A stretch of DNA of 64,000 nt from Lachnospiraceae bacterium (GTDB lineage: Bacteria > Bacillota > Clostridia > Lachnospirales > Lachnospiraceae): positions 6,532 through 70,531 of the forward strand of contig JAQXXU010000107.1 in NCBI GenBank assembly GCA_029226225.1. Direction: 5' to 3'. The translations under genes and the position numbers were made by a program. The number at the start of each line of letters is the position of its first letter. Positions within the stretch are counted from its first letter, which is position 1. Shown one piece after another: positions 9,737 through 19,162 of the stretch. The notes under the pieces were generated by a model. It saw only the letters and a list, made by a program, of their open reading frames with translations, made no database searches and had not been told where the DNA came from.

Positions 9737-10630
9737 TTACCTCCCCTCATCATCCTGATAGAATACCCAGTGCTTCTGGCTCCAGAATGCTATAGCAGTG
9801 AAGATCATAAGAATGATAAACAGTACCCATGCCTGTGCACACGCCTTGCCCATATTGTATGAGGTGAATGCGTTGTTGTAGATCAGCAGTGACATAAGTG
9901 TTGTTCCGCCAAGAGGGCCACCCTTTGTGATGATGTATGGTCCATTGAATTCCTGGAATGCCTGAACAAGCTGTGTTACCAGATTGTAGAAAATAACAGG
10001 TGTGATAAGTGGTACTGTGATGTGGAAGAACTGTGTCCACTTTCCGGCTCCATCGAGCTCAGCTGCTTCATACAGATCCTCTGGAACACCCTTTAATGCT
10101 GCAAGGAAGATAACCATTGCTGATCCGAACTGCCATACACGAAGCAGGCAGATCATGAACAGTGCCCATGAAGCATCTGTAAAGAAATGAGGAGCTTCGA
10201 TTCCGATCTTTCCGAATGCTGTACGGATGAGTCCGTCATCATTGAAAAGAGCTTTCCACAGAACTGAGATTGCTACTGAACCACCAAGGATTGATGGAAT
10301 ATAATAAGCTGTACGGAAGAAATTAACACCTTTCAGCTTGAAATTAAGAATATATGCGATGAACAGAGCTGCAACAAGCTTCAGAGGTACTGTCATGAAT
10401 GCGTACTTGAATGTGATGAACAGCGCCTGGCGCTCTGGTGGATTTACGAATACATTCTTATAATTGTCGAGAGTAAATCTGGTAATACCTTTAAAAAGAT
10501 TGTAATCTGTAAAACTGTAATATAGTGAAGATAGGAACGGATACGCCTTGAACACGCAGAATCCGATCAACCATAGGAGAATGAACCAGAATCCTATGTT
10601 GTTCTTTAAAAATTTTCTTGTCTTAGTCAA
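9737..10630 (-). CDS. Carbohydrate ABC transporter permease (MalF/TogM-like)
   Basis: EAA motif VPEDLYEAAELDGA; start moved to TTG at 10630 behind AGGAGG. Confidence 0.92.
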   Translation of the reverse strand: MTKTRKFLKNNIGFWFILLWLIGFCVFKAYPFLSSLYYSFTDYNLFKGITRFTLDNYKNVFVNPPERQALFITFKYAFMTVPLKLVAALFIAYILNFKLKGVNFFRTAYYIPSILGGSVAISVLWKALFNDDGLIRTAFGKIGIEAPHFFTDASWALFMICLLRVWQFGSAMVIFLAALKGVPEDLYEAAELDGAGKWTQFFHITVPLITPVIFYNLVTQLVQAFQEFNGPYIITKGGPLGGTTLMSLLIYNNAFTSYNMGKACAQAWVLFIILMIFTAIAFWSQKHWVFYQDDEGR

Positions 10631-10668
10631 GATCCTTAACCTCCTGATAAGTATCTGTTGAGATAGTA

Positions 10669-10697
10669 CGAGCCTGCCCGGCAATCAGGCAGGCTCG
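10669..10697. terminator. Stem-loop between the binding-protein and permease genes
   Basis: CGAGCCTGCC...GGCAGGCTCG inverted repeat in a position typical for differential mRNA stability. Confidence 0.55.
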
Positions 10698-10745
10698 CCG
10701 TTTATCATTGTGATTTACGTTAGAGGATTTTACTTACTGTAGTGA

Positions 10746-12089
10746 TTATGAGCAGATTGCTGCATATGCATTGTAGAGTGTCTCTGCAGCCTTAGCTGTG
10801 TCGATCTTCTTATATGAAAGATTTACGAATGCATCATAGTAAGCTGTACCTGAATCACCCTTCATAGTAGCATCATCGAAGAGAGGATTCCAGTAGAATG
10901 GGTTAGAATCTGAAACTGCATTGTGTGCATCGATTGACATCTGGTCAATTGCGCCTGCTGAATTCAGTGTATCATATGCTGTCTGTGAGTTCGGGATACC
11001 ACGCTCAGTTCCCATAGCCTTGACACCATCCGGGTCATTGAGGAGATAGTTCAGAAGAAGAGCTGACTCATGAGGATGCTTTGTCTTTGCTGAGATAGAG
11101 AACATAAGTGATACCTTGCTGTAAGACTGAAGTCCGTCGAGCTCACCGCCAACTACGAAATCAGAAGCTGCATCACCAAGAGCTGCTACATACTTCGGAG
11201 CTGCTGTATCCCACTCGAAGATACCTGCATAATGTCCATCGATGAATCTTGCTGACTTGTCCATTGAGTCAACGCCTTCACCATCTGTATACTCGATAGT
11301 AGGAATTACGTGATTGTCCTCAAGCTTCTGGATGAAATCAACACCCTGCTTGATCTGATCCTGTGAATATGTGAGCTTGTTGTTCTCATCAATGATAGGT
11401 GTGCCAACTTCCTTCTGGAGATAATATGTCATAAGGATTGCACGGTCATAGCTTCCTACAACAAGTGGATAATAATCATCGCCGAGCTTCTCTTTGAATA
11501 CTGGGCCTGCTGCAAGGAGATCATCTACTGACTTAGGAAGATCAAGTCCTGCCTTTTCCCATGTAGCCTTGTTCCAGTAGAAGAGACGTCCTGTGTTTGC
11601 TACAGGGATTCCTGCGATTCCGCCCTTTGAATCCTTGCACATATTGAGCTCGTCATCTGTCCACTGTGTGAGATCGATTGTATCTGATACTGTATTGAGA
11701 TCGAGATATGTGCTGCCATCAGCATCATACTTGCCGATCCAGTCGAAGTTGGTCTGCTGTACATCAGGGTTTGTTCCTGACTGATACTCCATAGCCTTGG
11801 CTGTCTCCCAGTCTGTCCATGCTCCGAAGTTGACATCAACTTTGATTCCCGGATACTTCTCCTCGAATGCCTTTACTGCATTCTGTGTTGCTTCATGTCT
11901 TGTGTCGCCGCCCCACCAGTCGAACTTGATTGTGCAGTCCTCATAGTCTTTTCCTGAGCTTGATGCGCTGCCTGATGATGCGCTTGAGCTCTTAGAGCTT
12001 GATGATGTGCTTGCTGAGCTTCCGCAGCCTGCAAGTACTCCAGCCGCCATGGCTGAAACAAGGATGATTGATAGTACCTTCTTCTTCAT
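10746..12089 (-). CDS. ABC sugar-binding lipoprotein (oligogalacturonide, TogB-like)
   Basis: MKKK signal peptide with lipobox LAGC, Ser-rich linker, WWGGDTRH; start moved to 12089. Confidence 0.9.
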   Translation of the reverse strand: MKKKVLSIILVSAMAAGVLAGCGSSASTSSSSKSSSASSGSASSSGKDYEDCTIKFDWWGGDTRHEATQNAVKAFEEKYPGIKVDVNFGAWTDWETAKAMEYQSGTNPDVQQTNFDWIGKYDADGSTYLDLNTVSDTIDLTQWTDDELNMCKDSKGGIAGIPVANTGRLFYWNKATWEKAGLDLPKSVDDLLAAGPVFKEKLGDDYYPLVVGSYDRAILMTYYLQKEVGTPIIDENNKLTYSQDQIKQGVDFIQKLEDNHVIPTIEYTDGEGVDSMDKSARFIDGHYAGIFEWDTAAPKYVAALGDAASDFVVGGELDGLQSYSKVSLMFSISAKTKHPHESALLLNYLLNDPDGVKAMGTERGIPNSQTAYDTLNSAGAIDQMSIDAHNAVSDSNPFYWNPLFDDATMKGDSGTAYYDAFVNLSYKKIDTAKAAETLYNAYAAICS

Positions 12090-12191
12090 TGGATAAATCC
12101 CTCCATTAAAAAATTTCCCTGAAACAATTTCCCCGCCCCCACCCGGTACTGACTGCATCCTTTTCGTTTCCTTTTCTATTTGTCTGTACCG

Positions 12192-12205
12192 TGTAAGCGT
12201 TTACA
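12192..12205. promoter_or_regulatory. LacI/CcpA-type operator upstream of the ABC operon
   Basis: TGTAAGCGTTTACA near-palindrome. Confidence 0.75.
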
Positions 12206-12384
12206 TAAAATTGTTTCGTTCTTCTTTACGAGTATTAGAATACAACAACAAAGACATAAAAAATACCTAAATTTATACAGATTTACAAAATAACTACTGA
12301 TTTTTTTACTTCATTTGTGATATAATAGCAATTAATTCTAAATGTAAGTATTTTCATTAGGAAAAATCACTAAAGGAGGATGCC

Positions 12385-13266
12385 ATGAGAGTATCAGACT
12401 TAAACATCGACCGTGTGTATATAAACAGCCTGTCCCGGTCGCCTTCATACAATATGGCAGAGAACCATTTTCATCATTACTACGAGTGTTTCTATGTGAG
12501 GCAGGGGTCGTGCCGCTTCTTCGTAAATGACTCACTGTGCGATCTCGAAGCGCGCGATATGCTGATCATCCCGCCAGGCACCGTACATTTCAACAAGTAT
12601 CTGACCAATTCAGTCCGGATAAATATATATTTCAAAGATGAGGATCTGCACAGAAACGGTGAACCGTACTTTCCAGAGCTCGACAACCGCCTTCTGCGCC
12701 TCGTCAAGATACATGTCCCGTCTGCATACAAAGAGATCACCGAGCAGTCAATTGACAATATGCTTGCCGAGGAAAAAATGGATGATGAAAATACACCTGT
12801 AATGATGGAGCTGCTGCTGAAGCAGTTCTTGCTGAATCTGTCAAGATACGGGATCTTCCATTATGATCAAATGACCGAACCTGCAGGGACTAGCGATTCT
12901 GACAAGGATATCCTGAAGGCCGCAAAATATATTAGCGAGAACTATAATGAGCATATCACCCTGTCATCCCTTGCACAGATGGTCGGACTGACGCCGTCTT
13001 ATTTTTCAAGGAAATTCACACAGGTGACCGGAACTGGCATGAAAGAGTACTTGAGCTATATGAGGCTCGACGCTGCCGCGAACCAGCTGCGTTCAACTAC
13101 GCACAATATCACTGAGATAGCGATGGACTGCGGATTCTCGGACAGCAATTATTTCAAAGATGCCTTTAAAAAAATGTACGGTGTGTCACCCCGTACATAC
13201 AGAAATGAGCGTGGACACACCGATAATATACTTGAAAACAGTCTGAAAAAACACGGATTAGCGTGA
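12385..13266 (+). CDS. AraC-family transcriptional regulator
   Basis: Cupin N-terminus (HFHHYYE) and C-terminal double HTH (IAMDCGFSDSNYF); RBS GGAGG; divergent from the ABC operon. Confidence 0.95.
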   Translation: MRVSDLNIDRVYINSLSRSPSYNMAENHFHHYYECFYVRQGSCRFFVNDSLCDLEARDMLIIPPGTVHFNKYLTNSVRINIYFKDEDLHRNGEPYFPELDNRLLRLVKIHVPSAYKEITEQSIDNMLAEEKMDDENTPVMMELLLKQFLLNLSRYGIFHYDQMTEPAGTSDSDKDILKAAKYISENYNEHITLSSLAQMVGLTPSYFSRKFTQVTGTGMKEYLSYMRLDAAANQLRSTTHNITEIAMDCGFSDSNYFKDAFKKMYGVSPRTYRNERGHTDNILENSLKKHGLA

Positions 13267-14268
13267 GATCCAGTCATCTGCAGAACGGTTCATGAGACCT
13301 CTGACTTCTGCTTCATTGATGATATTGGCATCTCCCGGAACTGAGAACTTGAGAGCAGAGGTGGCTGTTGCGAAATTCAGCGCCTCCTCAGGCTCCATTC
13401 CCTTCCTGATCGCGGCTATGAGAGCTCCGGCAAATGTATCACCGGCTCCGACTGACTCTACCATCTGGGCAAAATATGACTTCGAGCGGTAGATCTGACC
13501 GTCCCTGTACAGAGTGCCCCAGGTACCCTTGTCCATCGGGCCATTGGATACCACAAGAATAATAGAAGCTGCCTTGAAGCCGAACTTCTCAGTCATCCAG
13601 ACTTCGATCTCCTCAGAACGCTTTCTCGGATCTGTCTCTTTCCACTGATGATCATCGTAGATTCCGAGAACATCCTTATCATTTGCAATAAAAATATCTA
13701 CATATGGGAGAATCCTGCCCATTACCTCTCTTGCCTTCTGCGGCTTCCACATCTTGGAGCGGTAATTGAGATCGCAGGAAATCGTGATTCCCTTTTCCTT
13801 TGCCTTCTGGCAGGCTGCGAGTGTAGCCTCTGCCATCTCATCAGAAAGAGCCGGCGTGATACCAGAGAACTCGAACCAGTCGGCTCCATCAAATATCCTG
13901 TCCCAGTTGAAATCACTTGCAGCGGCCTTCGCCATAGATGATGCTGCCCTGTCATAGATGGTCTGGGCACTTCTCTGTGCAGTACCATTCTCAAGGAAAT
14001 ATATACCTATGCGGTCTCCGCCTCTGACTACCTCTGATGTATCTACACCGAGGCTCTGTAGTGAGCTGATCGCTGCATCACCAAGCGCATTATCAGGCAG
14101 CTTTGTCACAAAACGTGACTCGATACCGAGCTCTGCGAGAGTCTCTGCTGAATTGGCCTCTGCACCGCCATAGTATGCCTTGTATGTATCTGCCTTGCGG
14201 AATCTGTTATATCCTTCCGGACTCAGACGAAGCATTATTTCCCCGAACGTTACTACTCTTCCTGACAT
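13258..14268 (-). CDS. kdgK: 2-keto-3-deoxygluconate kinase (PfkB family)
   Basis: FGEIMLRL, GGAEAN, SGITPA, DLNYR, VGAGDTF motifs. Confidence 0.9.
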   Translation of the reverse strand: MSGRVVTFGEIMLRLSPEGYNRFRKADTYKAYYGGAEANSAETLAELGIESRFVTKLPDNALGDAAISSLQSLGVDTSEVVRGGDRIGIYFLENGTAQRSAQTIYDRAASSMAKAAASDFNWDRIFDGADWFEFSGITPALSDEMAEATLAACQKAKEKGITISCDLNYRSKMWKPQKAREVMGRILPYVDIFIANDKDVLGIYDDHQWKETDPRKRSEEIEVWMTEKFGFKAASIILVVSNGPMDKGTWGTLYRDGQIYRSKSYFAQMVESVGAGDTFAGALIAAIRKGMEPEEALNFATATSALKFSVPGDANIINEAEVRGLMNRSADDWISR

Positions 14269-14324
14269 TTCTTCTCCTTTACTGACTATTACATAAAGTC
14301 TGCATTAACCGCGCCCCTTCTGTG

Positions 14325-14338
14325 TGTAAGCGCTTACA
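14325..14338. promoter_or_regulatory. LacI/CcpA-type operator in the kdgK leader
   Basis: Perfect palindrome TGTAAGCGCTTACA downstream of a minus-strand TTGCAA-17-TATAGT promoter (14355-14383). Confidence 0.8.
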
Positions 14339-14390
14339 TTTATTTACAGAAATTACTATACCATGTTCTCTGTAAACTTGCAATACTTAT

Positions 14391-15182
14391 TTATTCAGTC
14401 AGGAGTTTAAGAAGAGATCCCGCCTCATCGGTATGCTGTGAGTTCTTTACAAAGCCGAAAACGGGAACTGCTTTTTTATAGAGATTATTTTTTTTGAAAT
14501 ATGAACTGTCAGAAAGTATGATGCCAACAGGTACGGGTTCATCCATGTCAGTCGGGTCAGGCCGTACAAATCCGTCGTATGTCTCACTGGCCGCAGCTGT
14601 ATCCTCATCTTCGGTATTCCCATCATAGTTCGGGTCTTCCATCTCTTTCTGGATCCTGTCTATCTCTTTCTGATCCACATAATAGATCTGGTCACTGTAT
14701 TTCTTCAGCTGAGCATCCGTTAGCACATCCCGCAGGTCCTTAAACATCATCTGTTCAGTGAAATGATGGAAATTCCAGGCATCACAGACCATTGCATCGA
14801 GGTCCTTTTCCCTCATCTTTGCGGCGAGCTCGGTGATGGTTCCCATGTCCTCTTCGCTCTGTGTGCCGCCCGGAGTCAGCTCCATCGACAGGTTGATGAC
14901 TGCCGTTTCCTTCTTCGATCTGATACCGGCTGCTGCAGCTGACCTTTTCCTGATATCTGCTGCTACATTTTCATCTTTATTTTCTGAATTAATAAAATAA
15001 GCAGTCAGGACAGGCTTTCTGACACTCATTCGTGAATACACGAGTGCTCCCACAAAAACAGCTATAGCCGCAACTATCACCACTCTGATGAAATAGTAGC
15101 GCATAAAATATGCTGCCCGCTGCTTTAATGGTTTGTCTTTCTGCCTGTCCCACTGCTCTTTAACGTCGTCTTTTACTGCCAT
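14391..15182 (-). CDS. Hypothetical membrane-anchored protein, possibly a solute-binding-like fold
   Basis: 263-aa ORF with a single N-terminal TM helix; co-oriented with the ser genes. Confidence 0.65.
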   Translation of the reverse strand: MAVKDDVKEQWDRQKDKPLKQRAAYFMRYYFIRVVIVAAIAVFVGALVYSRMSVRKPVLTAYFINSENKDENVAADIRKRSAAAAGIRSKKETAVINLSMELTPGGTQSEEDMGTITELAAKMREKDLDAMVCDAWNFHHFTEQMMFKDLRDVLTDAQLKKYSDQIYYVDQKEIDRIQKEMEDPNYDGNTEDEDTAAASETYDGFVRPDPTDMDEPVPVGIILSDSSYFKKNNLYKKAVPVFGFVKNSQHTDEAGSLLKLLTE

Positions 15183-15186
15183 AACT

Positions 15187-16431
15187 CTATCTGTCTAGTT
15201 CATGAATAAACAGTCCGCTTCTGAGCTTCGGCTCAAACCACGTAGACTTCGGAGGCATCAGCCTGCCTGCGTCTGCGACTGCGAAGAGCTCTGAAATGGA
15301 TGTCGGATACATCGCAAATGCTGCCTGACAGTCTCTGTGGCAGCGCTTCTCGAGCTCATGCAGACCACGGATCCCTCCTACAAAGTCGATTCTCGGATCT
15401 GTCTTCGGGTCCCTGATACCGAATACCGGATCAAGGATCAGATTCTGAAGAAGCGATACATCGAGTCCGTCTACCGGGTCGGAGCTTCTCAGATTCTGCC
15501 TGAATGCGAAATTGTACCAGGTATCATCGAGATACATGCTGAATGATCCCTTGAACTGTGGCTTGATCGGGGCCCTTCCCTGACGTCTGAGTTCTGCGAC
15601 TTCCTTCACAGCAGACAGCACTTCCATCGGTGTGTGTCCGTTCAGGTCCTTCAGTACCCTGTTGTAATCGAAGATCTTGAGTTCCTCATCCGGGAACAGC
15701 ACTGACAGGAAAAAGTTGAACTCTTCATTGCCTGTATATCCAGGATGCTCTGCACGGCGCTTCAGCCCAACCTTTACAGCTGATGCTGCACGGTGATGAC
15801 CATCTGCTATATAGATTGAATCGATTCCTGCAAACGCTTCCCTGATCGTCTTAATGTCATCTGGATTCTTAATGATCCAGACTCTGTGAGAGATTCCGTC
15901 AAGTGTGGTGAAATCATACACCGGAGCCTCTGCGCTCTTGTATCTGCTTACGATATTCTCTATCGTATTGTTCCTTCTGTAAGCAAGGAAAATAGGTCCT
16001 GTCTGGGCATTGCACGCATCCACATGATTGATACGGTCCTGCTCTTTTTCAGCACGGGTATTCTCATGCTTCTTGATAACTCCGTTCTGATAGTCGTCTA
16101 TTGAAGCACAGGCCACGATTCCTGTCTGGGCACGGCCGTCCATATTTTCCTCATAGATATAGTAATATGGCTCGCCGTCACGGACGAATGAGCCATCATC
16201 CACCCACTGCCACAGCAGATCATGTGCCTTCTGGTACACTCGCGGATCATACTCGCTCACATCCGTAGGAAATGCTGTATCTGCCCTGTCTATCGCGAGA
16301 AAGGAGTGCGGAAACTTGCGGACATGCTCTGTTGCTTCCGCCCTATTATATACATCATATGGAAGTGCTGCTATCGTCTGAGCCATATCTACTCTAGGTC
16401 TTATTGCAGCAAAGGGTCTTACTGTAGCCAT
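15187..16431 (-). CDS. DUF1015-family protein
   Basis: ALPYDV, KKHENT, YIADGHHR, MPPKSTWFEPKLRSGL; commonly linked to serC-serA; start moved to MATVRPF. Confidence 0.9.
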   Translation of the reverse strand: MATVRPFAAIRPRVDMAQTIAALPYDVYNRAEATEHVRKFPHSFLAIDRADTAFPTDVSEYDPRVYQKAHDLLWQWVDDGSFVRDGEPYYYIYEENMDGRAQTGIVACASIDDYQNGVIKKHENTRAEKEQDRINHVDACNAQTGPIFLAYRRNNTIENIVSRYKSAEAPVYDFTTLDGISHRVWIIKNPDDIKTIREAFAGIDSIYIADGHHRAASAVKVGLKRRAEHPGYTGNEEFNFFLSVLFPDEELKIFDYNRVLKDLNGHTPMEVLSAVKEVAELRRQGRAPIKPQFKGSFSMYLDDTWYNFAFRQNLRSSDPVDGLDVSLLQNLILDPVFGIRDPKTDPRIDFVGGIRGLHELEKRCHRDCQAAFAMYPTSISELFAVADAGRLMPPKSTWFEPKLRSGLFIHELDR

Positions 16432-16467
16432 ATTTTTCTCCTTTTCATTACAGGATATATGTGAGGT

Positions 16468-16699
16468 TGCCAGAGCAGACAGCGGTGGCAACACAACAAT
16501 CAGCGAAGTGAACGTCGTGAGGGAGCACGATGTGCGGTGGCGAGGACTGTTTGAAAAAAACGCTTCCTTGCGTCCGCCAGGACGCACCCGCAAGGGAATA
16601 GGAAGCGTTTTTTGAGTTACCGCAGACGCCGCAAATAGACGAGTGCGACTGAACAGTGAACGAGCGGCCTTGTATTGTCACCGCTGGCTGTCTCTGGCA
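16468..16699. repeat. MITE-like nested inverted-repeat element
   Basis: About 30-bp imperfect terminal inverted repeats (TGCCAGAGCAGACAGCGGTGGCAACACAA / TTGTATTGTCACCGCTGGCTGTCTCTGGCA) and an inner AAAAAACGCTTCCT...AGGAAGCGTTTTTT stem. Confidence 0.65.
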
Positions 16700-16713
16700 T
16701 GTATAAACTTATA

Positions 16714-17877
16714 TTATTTAACTACTCTTACACGAATGACATCCGGTACTGCGCTGAGCTTGTCTACGACATCCTGTGATACTTCTGAATCTAAATCGAG
16801 CAGTGAGTATGCATAGTCACCACGGCTCTTATTGGTGAGGTCTGATACATTGACATTGGCATCGCCAAGAATGGTTGTATACTTTGCGATGAGGCCCGGA
16901 TTGTTGTGATGAAGGATTGCGAGTCTGCCCTTTGCTGTGCAGACACCCATGTTGCAGTCAGGATAGTTGACTGAATGTGTCACATTTCCATTCTCAAGGA
17001 AGTCCATGATCTCATCTACTGCCATCATTGCGCAGTTCTCTTCTGCCTCTGCTGTAGATGCTCCGAGATGTGATGTTGCGATGACACCTGGCTGTCCTGC
17101 TGTTGTAGGATTCGGGAAGTCTGTCACATAGTGCTTTATCTTGCCTGCCCTGATTCCGTCAAGCACTGCCTGCTCATCTACAAGAAGATCTCTTGCGTAG
17201 TTCAGTACTACTACGCCCTGCTTCATCTTGTCTACGGCATCCTTATTGATCATGCCCTTTGTAGAATCAAGAAGAGGTACGTGGATCGTGATGAAATCGC
17301 ACTCGCGATAGATGTCATCTACATTTGCGATATGCTTGACATTTCTTGAAAGATTCCAGGCTGCATTTACTGAAATATACGGATCATAACCGAGCACTTC
17401 CATTCCGAAGTGTGTGGCTGTATTGGCTACCTGCTGGCCGATGGCTCCGAGTCCGATGACTCCGAGCTTCTTGCCTGCAAGCTCATTTCCTGCGAAATTC
17501 TTTTTGGCCTTCTCCATGTCCTTGGAGATATCGGCATCATCCTTATTATCGAGAACCCAGTCTACTGATCCGATTATGTCACGGCTTGCAAGGAGCATTC
17601 CTGAAAATACAAGCTCCTTTACCGCATTGGCATTAGCACCCGGGGTATTGAATACTACGATTCCCTGGTCTGCACACTTGTCGAGAGGGATGTTGTTGAC
17701 TCCGGCTCCGGCTCTTGCAATACATGAGAGCTTGTCAGAGAACTGCATATCATGAAGCTTGGCACTTCTTACGATAAATGCATCTGCGTCATCTGCATCA
17801 TCGGTCTGCTCATAATTATTTGAAAACTTTACCAGTCCCTTTGGAGAAATGGCATTAAGTGTATGGTATTTGAACAT
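16714..17877 (-). CDS. serA: D-3-phosphoglycerate dehydrogenase with ACT domain
   Basis: RAGAGVNNI, GLGAIG, HLGAST motifs; C-terminal ACT domain; next to serC. Confidence 0.93.
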   Translation of the reverse strand: MFKYHTLNAISPKGLVKFSNNYEQTDDADDADAFIVRSAKLHDMQFSDKLSCIARAGAGVNNIPLDKCADQGIVVFNTPGANANAVKELVFSGMLLASRDIIGSVDWVLDNKDDADISKDMEKAKKNFAGNELAGKKLGVIGLGAIGQQVANTATHFGMEVLGYDPYISVNAAWNLSRNVKHIANVDDIYRECDFITIHVPLLDSTKGMINKDAVDKMKQGVVVLNYARDLLVDEQAVLDGIRAGKIKHYVTDFPNPTTAGQPGVIATSHLGASTAEAEENCAMMAVDEIMDFLENGNVTHSVNYPDCNMGVCTAKGRLAILHHNNPGLIAKYTTILGDANVNVSDLTNKSRGDYAYSLLDLDSEVSQDVVDKLSAVPDVIRVRVVK

Positions 17878-17957
17878 GTGTCCTTCTTTCTTTATTAGAA
17901 TTTAGGGATTTGGGTTTAGATTAAAAGGCTGCTCCCTATCCCCTATATCCTATCCCC

Positions 17958-19046
17958 TTATTTAAGATTCTTCTTCTCGAAATCAGCCATAAACTCTACA
18001 AGCTTCTCTACGCCTGCCTTTGGCATTGCGTTGTAGATGGAAGCTCTCATGCCGCCTACTGTACGGTGTCCCTTGATATTCTCAAGGCCTGCTGCCTTTG
18101 CCTCGGCAACGAACTTCGCATCCATATCCTTATCTCCTGTGACGAAAGGAACATTCATGACAGAACGGTCTTTCTTCTCAACTGTTCCCTTGAAGAGCTT
18201 GGACTGATCAAGGAAATCATAGAGAATCCTGGCCTTCTCTGCGTTCTTCTTTTCCATTGCCTCAAGTCCGCCGTTCTTAAGCAGCCACTTGAATACGAGT
18301 CCGCACATATAGATTGCCCAGCAGTTCGGGGTATTGAAGAGGGAATCCTTGTCCGCCTGTGTCTTCCACTTTAGCATTGTCGGTGTGCCTGGATATACCT
18401 CGTCTGTGATCAGGTCATCACGGATGATATCGATTACAAGTCCGGCTGGTCCTACGTTCTTCTGGACTCCACCGTACATTACTGCGTACTTGCTGACATC
18501 CATTGGCTTTGATAGGAAGCAGCTTGATACGTCTGCTACGAGGTCCACACCCTTGGTGTTCGGGAGCTCCCAGTACTCTGTTCCATAAATAGTATTGTTC
18601 TGGCAGATGTAGACATAGTCCATATCATCTGTGATAGGAAGGTCTGAACAGTCAGGTATATAAGAGTATGTCTTATCCTCAGATGAAGCGAGTGCTACAG
18701 CGTCACCATAGATCTTGGCCTCTTTCCATGCCTTTGTAGCCCACTGTCCTGTAAGGATGTAGCCCGCCTTATGATGCTTGTTCATCATATTCATAGGAAT
18801 GGCTGCGAACTGCTGGTAAGCGCCGCCCTGTAAAAAAAGTACCTTGTAATTATCAGGAATGTTCAGTAATGTCCTGATATCCTTTTCTGCTGCCTTGATG
18901 ATATCGTCAAACATGGATGATCGATGTGACATCTCCATTACTGACATGCCGCAGCCCTTGTAATCGAGCAGATCAGCCTGTGCTTCTTTTAATACTTCCT
19001 CCGGTAATACTGCCGGTCCTGCAGAAAAGTTGTAAACTCTTGACAT
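17958..19046 (-). CDS. serC: Phosphoserine aminotransferase
   Basis: NFSAGPA, EMSHRS, QKNVGPAG, GHRTVGGMRASIYNA. Confidence 0.97.
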   Translation of the reverse strand: MSRVYNFSAGPAVLPEEVLKEAQADLLDYKGCGMSVMEMSHRSSMFDDIIKAAEKDIRTLLNIPDNYKVLFLQGGAYQQFAAIPMNMMNKHHKAGYILTGQWATKAWKEAKIYGDAVALASSEDKTYSYIPDCSDLPITDDMDYVYICQNNTIYGTEYWELPNTKGVDLVADVSSCFLSKPMDVSKYAVMYGGVQKNVGPAGLVIDIIRDDLITDEVYPGTPTMLKWKTQADKDSLFNTPNCWAIYMCGLVFKWLLKNGGLEAMEKKNAEKARILYDFLDQSKLFKGTVEKKDRSVMNVPFVTGDKDMDAKFVAEAKAAGLENIKGHRTVGGMRASIYNAMPKAGVEKLVEFMADFEKKNLK

Positions 19047-19162
19047 TACATCGTCCTCCTGTTTCTATGTATTATTGTCGGGTGATTATCTGTCCGTGTG
19101 GGGCGTTCACTTGTCGCCCCGCGGCAATCACTTGTACTACTATAGCACTTTTTTCTCAGAAA

